A stretch of DNA of 64,000 bases from the NCBI GenBank assembly GCA_944392665.1, contig CALXXJ010000001.1, forward strand, positions 96,754 to 160,753. Reading direction: 5' to 3'. This document shows, in pieces, positions 16,311-23,403 of the stretch. Each line of letters opens with the position of its first letter. Position 1 is the first letter of the stretch. The notes below the pieces were generated by a model. It had not been told where the DNA came from. It ran no database searches and worked only from the letters and a program-made list of their open reading frames with translations. The stretch is from an uncultured Clostridia bacterium (lineage in GTDB: Bacteria; Bacillota; Clostridia; TANB77; CAG-508). A program made the position numbers and the translations under genes.

Positions 16311-17864
16311 TTAAGACATCTTTTTAAGTCTTAATAAGAATTCTATACATTCACTCATTTTGCCTTTTCCAAAGTTTTTATCTAAAAACTCAATATAACC
16401 ATCAATTTCATCTCTAATTAAAGTTAAGTTTAATCCTTCAAATTTTCTTAATACTTTTTTAGCCATGAAATAGTCTACTGCTTCTGTTTCGTCTCCTCCG
16501 CAAGCTACATATACTGGCACAAATTTTCTCATATGTTTTACAATACGGTTACCAAATGCAACTCTAAAGTGTTTGATTGTATAATCATCCATGTCTTCTA
16601 TCTTTTTCAAAGTTGCTGGTGATATTGCATAATCTGTCATTGCTTTTTCAAATAAACCGTTTAAGTATGAGTAGTTTACGTCAAGAGCTTCCACATCATC
16701 TGGTTCAAATGCAACACCTTTTTCATTAATATCAATAGGCATTGCTCTATCATATACCTTATCTGTTACCATGAATGTTGAGTCGTCATTGTTAATTGTT
16801 CCGATATACCATGCATTTGGTGGAATCTGCAACTTTCCTTTGATTAATTTCTTTGGATCAGTTGGCCATGAACTTTGTACGATTTCAATTTTCCAATCTT
16901 TTGTACTGTGCATTTCTAGAATTGATAACATTTCTGCAAAATAATATTCCACACGCGCTAAGTTCATCTCGTCTAGGATAACTGTATAGATTTCATCTGT
17001 ATATCCTGCTTCATATAAATATGCTAAAAAGTCTGTTTCATTAAATTTCTTGGTGAACTCATTTAAGTATCCAAAAATATCTGTTCTATCTCTCCAAGAT
17101 GGTTGCACAGATGCAACACATGAAGGATGTTTTACAAAGTTACCCCATGCAAGAGATATAGATGTTTTACCAGTACCAGAAATACCTTGTAAAATAACAA
17201 GTTTAGTTGATGCAATTGCTGATACAAATAGTCTTATCATCTTTTCACTATAATATAGTTTTAACTTGCTTGCAGCAAAATTTCTAAACATATAACAAAA
17301 TTCTGGTAATGTGAAATTATTATGATAGTCTTTTTGTTTATATTTCGCAAATTCTTCATCTAATGCTGTTAACTTAGAGAACCTACTTTGTGTATTAGGA
17401 TCAATTTGTTCTTCATTATTTGCTTCTGATTGTGCGGCAGCAAGTGCAGCTTTATCTATACCTGCACTGATACCATTTGGATTTACACCCAATTCTGGTG
17501 ACTTCATATTTAACAATTTTAGTTTTTCGTCTACTAATTCTTCTACTTGTCCATTTAAGGTATCTATTTGTTTTAATAATTCTTCTTGGTCAATAATCTT
17601 TTTTCTCCATTTCATATGTCTTTTTAAGAAAAAGATTATAATTCCAACAATACCTCCAATAACGATTAGCATAAGAATAATTGCTAAACCTGTTAAAAAC
17701 CATTCTGAGACTTGAAAGTCATTTGCATAATGTTGGATAATTCCCCAATATCTTGGTATATTAAATATATTTACAATCCCATTCCAAAGACCACTGAATA
17801 TATCTCCAAATCCAGAAAAGAATTGACTTAAAAATTCAAATAAAAATCTTCCATATGTTTCCAT
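16311..17864 (-). CDS. Membrane-anchored McrB-like (AAA_5/COG1401-type) AAA+ NTPase
   Basis: N-terminal hydrophobic segments (FLTGLAIILMLIVIGGIVGIIIFFL) and a coiled coil (EELLKQIDTLNGQVEELVDEKLKLL). Then Walker A LQGISGTGKTS, SVQPSWRDRTDIFGY, Walker B plus the McrB signature VILDEMNLARVEYYFAEMLSILE, and IPPNAWYIGTINNDDSTFMVTDKVYDRA. AGGAG RBS. Confidence 0.75.
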   Translation of the reverse strand: METYGRFLFEFLSQFFSGFGDIFSGLWNGIVNIFNIPRYWGIIQHYANDFQVSEWFLTGLAIILMLIVIGGIVGIIIFFLKRHMKWRKKIIDQEELLKQIDTLNGQVEELVDEKLKLLNMKSPELGVNPNGISAGIDKAALAAAQSEANNEEQIDPNTQSRFSKLTALDEEFAKYKQKDYHNNFTLPEFCYMFRNFAASKLKLYYSEKMIRLFVSAIASTKLVILQGISGTGKTSISLAWGNFVKHPSCVASVQPSWRDRTDIFGYLNEFTKKFNETDFLAYLYEAGYTDEIYTVILDEMNLARVEYYFAEMLSILEMHSTKDWKIEIVQSSWPTDPKKLIKGKLQIPPNAWYIGTINNDDSTFMVTDKVYDRAMPIDINEKGVAFEPDDVEALDVNYSYLNGLFEKAMTDYAISPATLKKIEDMDDYTIKHFRVAFGNRIVKHMRKFVPVYVACGGDETEAVDYFMAKKVLRKFEGLNLTLIRDEIDGYIEFLDKNFGKGKMSECIEFLLRLKKMS

Positions 17865-17884
17865 CTTTTACTTCTCCTGTTTCT

Positions 17885-18931
17885 TTATTTTAGTATTACA
17901 TTATCAAAAATTGCTTTGTTACTCTTTATTTCTTTATATAATGCCAATTTTTGTGGTACAATCACCATTTTAAACATTTTTAATTTTTCTACATCTTCTA
18001 TACTTTTTACTGTATTATCTAATGTAATCGTAAAATTGTAACCTTTTTTTGTATATCCTAAAATACTTTTTTGATTTTTTATATAATCAGAGTACATAAT
18101 ATTCAAATGTATTTTATCTTGCAATTCTTGATTTCCTAGAATTGACAATATACTGTCTAATTTTTGTTTCTTTTTAAATAGTGTACTTGCAAATTCTGCA
18201 ATATATGTATCATCAAAATTTCCATTTACGATATCTGAAATGACAACAACACTTAATAATATATATTCTACTTGCAATTTATCTTCTGCAACAATTCCTT
18301 CATTATATACTTTTTCTATCGCTGCTTCACTATATTGCATAGGCATTTTTACCTTTTGCTCTAATGTCACAAAATATACATCATCTTTCCCTTTACTATT
18401 TTCAAATTGTAAAGCAAATTCATCTGTATCAAATTTATCTAAAAATACTTCTTTTTCAATCATATCTTTTTTGATTTCTTCATACAATTTTTTTTCAGTA
18501 CTTTGTGAAATTTCTATTTTAAATAACGCACTTGCTGTTTGTATCATTCTACTAATAATTTCTTTTATATTATCAATTGACTTAAAATTTTCTACATTTC
18601 TAACATTATCAAAAAATAAAATATATGCAAACAATTCCTTTAAATTATGAATTTTATTTAATTGTTCTTGCTTTTCATTTAAGTTTTGAGATTCTTCTTC
18701 ACATTTTTTCATTAGAATATCTTCTTTATATTCTAATTCTTCTAATATTCTTAAGTAAAATGCTCTTGCAGGTGTATCTGTATTTTGAATATTATAATAT
18801 CTAGCATTAATATATGTTTTTAAATATTCATTTACTAAATTTTCATCATATTGTTTATCCAACATGGTTTTCATGTATTTTTTTATTTTCTTTTCTGTAA
18901 ATGTTATATATGTATCCATTAAATTGTTCAT
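17885..18931 (-). CDS. Cytoplasmic protein, unknown function
   Basis: No TM or signal. The ATG at 18931 (AGGAGG 6 nt upstream; MNNLMDTYITF) is preferred. The tracked start at 18985 would translate the dispersed repeat. Confidence 0.65.
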   Translation of the reverse strand: MNNLMDTYITFTEKKIKKYMKTMLDKQYDENLVNEYLKTYINARYYNIQNTDTPARAFYLRILEELEYKEDILMKKCEEESQNLNEKQEQLNKIHNLKELFAYILFFDNVRNVENFKSIDNIKEIISRMIQTASALFKIEISQSTEKKLYEEIKKDMIEKEVFLDKFDTDEFALQFENSKGKDDVYFVTLEQKVKMPMQYSEAAIEKVYNEGIVAEDKLQVEYILLSVVVISDIVNGNFDDTYIAEFASTLFKKKQKLDSILSILGNQELQDKIHLNIMYSDYIKNQKSILGYTKKGYNFTITLDNTVKSIEDVEKLKMFKMVIVPQKLALYKEIKSNKAIFDNVILK

Positions 18932-18940
18932 TTCTACCTC

Positions 18941-19010
18941 CTGTTTGTCCATTGGGGACGTTTCTGTTTGGTCAATTTTGTCCATCGGTACCTGGTCCGT
19001 TTTGTCCCAT
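18941..19010. repeat. Dispersed repeat, copy D
   Basis: GTCCATTGGGGACGTTTCTGTTTGGTCAATTTTGTCCATCGGTACCTGGTCCGTTTTGTCCC. The 22-nt core at 18950..18971 is the exact reverse complement of 23363..23384. Confidence 0.85.
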
Positions 19011-19017
19011 TTCGTCG

Positions 19018-19590
19018 CTAAATGATTTGTTCTGCATTAATATCTAGTTTTACATATTCAATCAAATCAGAATATTCTGCATTCGTATCATTTTCCTTTG
19101 GAAATGTTACTTTAATAACATAATTATCTGTCAAATCTTCTCCTTGTGTCATTTGTGATGGATCTATTATGATTTCTCTGTAATATGTGCCATCTTCATC
19201 AGTAACGATATTTTGCTCTGTCGTTATAATTTCTCCATTTTTTTCGATTACATACTCTAATGGTAAATTTGTTGTTGTTGTTATTTTTAAATTATATTCT
19301 AAATCTGTTTCTGCTCTTTTGTTGATTGTTCCATCTTCATCTGCTTCAAAATTTGATACCGAAAAAGAATAGTCAAATGAATTATTTGATGGATATATAT
19401 CTTCTATGATAATACTTGCTGATTGAAAATCATCATGAAACATCCAGAAAGCAACATCTACATCTTTTTCTGATGTCGCCACTGTTTCATATCTTGATAA
19501 TGTATTTCTTATAAAAATAATAGCGACTATAATAATTGCTATTAAAAAAAGTATGATGATACTTTTTTTCAATTTTTTCTTATCCAACAT
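19018..19590 (-). CDS. Small anchored or secreted protein, TasA-related class
   Basis: N-terminus SIIILFLIAIIIVAIIFIRNTLSRYETV. The ATG at 19590 with an AGGTGA RBS is preferred over the GTG at 19602. It overlaps the upstream peptidase gene by 11 nt. Confidence 0.7.
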   Translation of the reverse strand: MLDKKKLKKSIIILFLIAIIIVAIIFIRNTLSRYETVATSEKDVDVAFWMFHDDFQSASIIIEDIYPSNNSFDYSFSVSNFEADEDGTINKRAETDLEYNLKITTTTNLPLEYVIEKNGEIITTEQNIVTDEDGTYYREIIIDPSQMTQGEDLTDNYVIKVTFPKENDTNAEYSDLIEYVKLDINAEQII

Positions 19591-20104
19591 CTTTTTTCTC
19601 ACCTATTTTTTCTTTATATGAAATCATCACTATAAATAATATTATCGTTATAATCATTGGTATAATAACATGCATATCTGTAAATACTTGTTTCCAAACT
19701 TCTACATTATTGATAATACATACTGCTTTACCTATCACTTGATCTTTTTTTATTGGCTCATCCTGGATATTGTTATAATCTCCTTTAGTAATGATAGTAT
19801 CTCCATCTATTTGTTCTATTCTATGTGTAATTAATACATCATCCTGTTTGTATGTTATAATATCATCTTCCTTTATTTCATCACCTATTTTAATGATTAT
19901 AATATCACCTACTTCTATGGTTGGTGACATACTTCCAGTTTCTGTACTAAGTATAGAATATCCAAATATATTCACATATTCTTTATTTTGTATGTTTAAT
20001 TGTATAAATCCCCATATGACAAGAATAGCAATGATACTCAATACAAAAATTATTAGGTCTACAATTACTTTTTTAATAATTTTTAATATTTCTTTATGGT
20101 TCAT
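19580..20104 (-). CDS. SipW-type signal peptidase I paralogue (canonical motifs)
   Basis: ETGSMSPTIEVGD, LITHRIEQI, TKGDYNNIQDEP and a C-terminal TM. It overlaps the upstream gene by 11 nt. Confidence 0.8.
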   Translation of the reverse strand: MNHKEILKIIKKVIVDLIIFVLSIIAILVIWGFIQLNIQNKEYVNIFGYSILSTETGSMSPTIEVGDIIIIKIGDEIKEDDIITYKQDDVLITHRIEQIDGDTIITKGDYNNIQDEPIKKDQVIGKAVCIINNVEVWKQVFTDMHVIIPMIITIILFIVMISYKEKIGEKKDVG

Positions 20105-20735
20105 TGCCTATCACTTCTCCCGTATATTGTTTTAAATTAATTTCTAATGGAATGTTTATCTTTGCATCCTGTGTTTGTCCCAATTCTGAATCAGCTTCAT
20201 TATTTTCTTCTACATTTTCCCATTCAAAATATAATCGAATATGATTTAAATATTTGTCATTTATTGTTGCAATAGGAATAATAGCCTCATGCTCATTGGT
20301 TTCATATGTGGTATATACATCGTCATTTGTCAATTGTTCTGTCTCTCCAGGCTTTTGAAAATAATTTTCTACATTTACTAATTTTAATTTTGCCTCTGCT
20401 ACTGCATCTAATTTTACATTTAATGTATATAAAATAGATACATCTGTATTTGTCGGGTCTATAATAATCTCAAAATATGCCTGTGTTCCTGGAGCCATCT
20501 TTTGGCTTTTAACATGTTCAGAATCCAAATATGTCAAATTGTCTTCTGTCATGTTAAAAGTCAAATTTTCCTCTCCTGAAGATATATCTGTTTCATTTAC
20601 TTTGATGGACCATGCACCTAATAAACTTGTATAATCTCCTTCTAATTGATCTTTATATAAAGCATACATGTTAGCTATTTGGAATAAGGTTATAATTAAC
20701 ATTATTAATACTAAAATTCTTAATAATTTTTTCAT
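20094..20735 (-). CDS. Small anchored or secreted protein, TasA-related class
   Basis: N-terminus LRILVLIMLIITLFQIANMYALYKDQ. Contains APGTQAYFEIIIDP (compare VPGQTGYFEMLIDY in 13459..14169). Its start abuts the upstream stop. Confidence 0.7.
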   Translation of the reverse strand: MKKLLRILVLIMLIITLFQIANMYALYKDQLEGDYTSLLGAWSIKVNETDISSGEENLTFNMTEDNLTYLDSEHVKSQKMAPGTQAYFEIIIDPTNTDVSILYTLNVKLDAVAEAKLKLVNVENYFQKPGETEQLTNDDVYTTYETNEHEAIIPIATINDKYLNHIRLYFEWENVEENNEADSELGQTQDAKINIPLEINLKQYTGEVIGNEP

Positions 20736-21533
20736 TTATTCTTCCTCTTTTGATGATTTTGTAGCTTTTGCTTTAGTAGTAGCTGTTGCTGCTTTTTTTG
20801 TTGTGCCTGTTTTTCTTGTTGTACTTGCTTTTTTTGCTGTACTAGTCTTTGAACCTGCACTTGTCTTGGTTCTTGTACTTGTACTTGCTCTAGTCGTTGT
20901 TTTTGGACTGGATGTTCTAGTTGTTCTTGTATTCTTCTTTGGTCTTACAACTTCTTCGTCTTCCTCATCATCTTCCTCATCTTCATCTGCCTCAATTTCT
21001 ATTGCTTCTTGTTTCTTTAGTTTGTTAAGATATTTAATTTCCATAACTAATTCAAATACTTCTTGTAAGAATAGTAATAATGATACCACTACGATACAGA
21101 ATAAATATCCCCATCTAGATTCTAATAGATTTAATATATATCCCCAACCTTCTATAACAATTGTATCATCAACTTTTCCTATAAAATAATCACTTGCATA
21201 ACGTTCTTCATTATCTACAATATATACTGTATGTGAACCTTGTTGTGTTTTTCCTTGTAAAGTTGTACTGATAACTTCATATTCTGAGCTATTCAATACT
21301 TTATACATAAATATTTCGTCACCAACTTGGACATTTCTATCATTTGTTTCTTTTATTAATAGTATAGAACCTTGTTTATATGTAGGCTCTAATGAATCAT
21401 CTGTGACTATATAAATTGTATATCCGCCTATTTCACTATTATTATAATCATTGTAAGATAGTAATAATACGGTTACTGTAATTGCAATGATAGCATATAG
21501 TACAAATAATATAGTTCCTAGTACTTTTTTCAT
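20736..21533 (-). CDS. Divergent SipW-like peptidase paralogue with acidic then T/K/S/A-rich tail
   Basis: TM, then TDDSLEPTYKQGS (Ser box retained). No clear [TS]HR or TKGD.N boxes. A second TM, then EDEEDDEEDEE and TTRTSSPKTTTRASTSTRTKT.... Confidence 0.6.
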   Translation of the reverse strand: MKKVLGTILFVLYAIIAITVTVLLLSYNDYNNSEIGGYTIYIVTDDSLEPTYKQGSILLIKETNDRNVQVGDEIFMYKVLNSSEYEVISTTLQGKTQQGSHTVYIVDNEERYASDYFIGKVDDTIVIEGWGYILNLLESRWGYLFCIVVVSLLLFLQEVFELVMEIKYLNKLKKQEAIEIEADEDEEDDEEDEEVVRPKKNTRTTRTSSPKTTTRASTSTRTKTSAGSKTSTAKKASTTRKTGTTKKAATATTKAKATKSSKEEE

Positions 21534-21591
21534 CTTTTATCTTCCTTGCATTATATATTTAGGTTTTTTATCTGGTTGTACCTATAAACCT

Positions 21592-22047
21592 TTATTCATT
21601 AGTTACTTTTTGTAATTGTATTGATTGTGTACCTGTTAAATTACCATTTAATATAACACTGATATCATATTGTTCTCCAACACCTAAGCTTTGAATCCAT
21701 GTTTGCATTTGTCCTAATACCTCTCCATCAGCACCAACTAAAATAGCATTTAAACTTTCATTTTCTACTGCAGTTTGTGTTGTGTTTAATATAGACATAG
21801 ATACCATTGTTTGATCTTGGTCATCTAAATATTCCATATAAATATTTGATACTTCCATATCGCTATATGTTGTGTCTGGTAATGGAATCACAGATTGTTG
21901 TTCTTCTCCAGTAGTTTCCTCATTATTGTTAACATTTCTAACAATTAAAACAATTGCAACCACTAAAATGATAATCGCAATAATGGCTATCAATATAATT
22001 CCTAACATTTTCTTACCTTTTCTTACTTTTCTAGTTTTTTTCTCCAT
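21592..22047 (-). CDS. Small N-terminally anchored extracellular protein
   Basis: Basic N-terminus, one TM (LGIILIAIIAIIILVVAIVLIV) and a ~100-aa beta-rich domain. AGGAGG RBS. Confidence 0.65.
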   Translation of the reverse strand: MEKKTRKVRKGKKMLGIILIAIIAIIILVVAIVLIVRNVNNNEETTGEEQQSVIPLPDTTYSDMEVSNIYMEYLDDQDQTMVSMSILNTTQTAVENESLNAILVGADGEVLGQMQTWIQSLGVGEQYDISVILNGNLTGTQSIQLQKVTNE

Positions 22048-22275
22048 GTTTTCCTCCTTCTTTTCTACATTTTTTTATACTTTTCTACTATATTTTATAC
22101 CATAACTTTTTTTTAAAGTCTATACTTTTACGAATAAAAATTATATATATTTTGTGACAATTCACATGCAAAATCATATACACTTTATACTTCCAAATAT
22201 TACCTATATAATATTGATTAGAACCCTATACATACAATGTACATATTGGGTTCTTATCAATATCATTTTTTATCT

Positions 22276-23155
22276 TTATGATTCATCATTTACTGTAATG
22301 ACAGATGTAGTATCACCTGAAGGATATGTATAATCTTGGGTCATATCCACTTTATAAAATTTAATATTTTTAGCAGATTCTTTGTCCATTGTAAAAACAA
22401 ACTTCTCCACATATCCATCACTATTGACTTCTTCACTACCTTCTAGTCTATTGATATATGCTTCATCATTTAAGTCAATTCTTACAACATTTGGATCAAA
22501 CTCTAACGAAACATTTCCTCCTGTATCATGAGTATTTATCATTTTTAAAGTTAAATAATTTCTATTTGCAACATCTTCTATTTCATAACTATTTGCTAAA
22601 ACTTGTTGTATTCTTAATGTGATTTCACAAGAAATTTCTTTTTGATATGGTTCTTGTGTGCTTGCTTTTATTCTAATCGTAATTGTGTCATTTTGTTCAA
22701 TTTGTGTTTTAGGTGTTACTACAATTTTTATCCTGCTAACATTATTTTGAGCTTCTCCCTCTTTTGCATATATGACTCCTGTTGTTTCTGTAGGCCCACC
22801 TTCTTCATTAATACCGTAAAGTTACTTTATCTGTATCTGGCGTTTCACACGAAAGAGCATACTCTAAATCATAATCTAACCTCAATAATGTATTTTGATA
22901 ACTATATAAATCAAAATTGATTTCATAATTATCTACACCACCCCAATTTTCATATTGGTAAGTCGCATTATCAAGAGTCAATAAATCACTTGTAAAATAA
23001 AATTCTTTTGAAGTAAAATATGCTTCTCTTGCTTGATAATAAATATATCTACCAAATACTGAACATGTAATGACTATTACAAGTACAATAAACAATAGCA
23101 TGGTTCTTTTTATTCTTTTTTCTTTTCTTATTCTTGCATGTTTTCTTCTTTCCAT
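22276..23155 (-). pseudogene. Frameshifted TasA-related anchored protein gene (115-aa and 88-aa ORF-track pieces belong together)
   Basis: Own translation: after the stop at 22808 the +1 frame is open all the way (YGINEEGGPTETTGVIYAKEGEAQNNVSRIKIVVTPKTQIEQNDTITIRIKASTQEPYQKEISCEITLRIQQVLANSYEIEDVANRNYLTLK) and runs straight into MINTHDTGGNVSLEF.... The span is 880 nt (3n+1). Both frames are open only in 22811..22821. Confidence 0.7.
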
Positions 23156-23322
23156 ATCTTTTCCTTTCTCGTTTTGGCTTTTGTCGATATAGTTTTTATT
23201 TTAATTTCATCATTTTTCTAAGTGGACTGAGGATTATTGTTTTTGAATTCATCGACGAATGTGCCGTGGAATAGATGTATAAATTCTTAGGTTTAAATAA
23301 ATGATGAAACTTAAATATGCTC

Positions 23323-23392
23323 AAAATGTCCAAATGGAAACGTCCCCATTGGACAAAATGTCCCAAACAGAAACGTCCCCAATGGGACATTT
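23323..23392. repeat. Dispersed repeat, copy E (two tandem ~33-nt units, opposite orientation to B and D)
   Basis: AAAATGTCCAAATGGAAACGTCCCCATTGGACAAAATGTCCCAAACAGAAACGTCCCCAATGGGACATTT. Confidence 0.9.
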
Positions 23393-23403
23393 CCGATTGG
23401 TCA

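Noticed and set aside
15099-17864. A conventional McrBC type IV restriction system.
   Set aside because: The AAA+ protein has N-terminal TM segments instead of a DNA-binding domain. The partner shows no recognisable PD-(D/E)xK motif. Both are embedded, with abutting junctions, in a secretion/fibre operon. It is kept as an alternative hypothesis in the findings rather than annotated as restriction.
340-23392. The dispersed GGGGACG repeats as a CRISPR array.
   Set aside because: The copies are kilobases apart and occur in both orientations, with no regular repeat-spacer periodicity. They are separated by ordinary genes, and there are no cas genes in the window.
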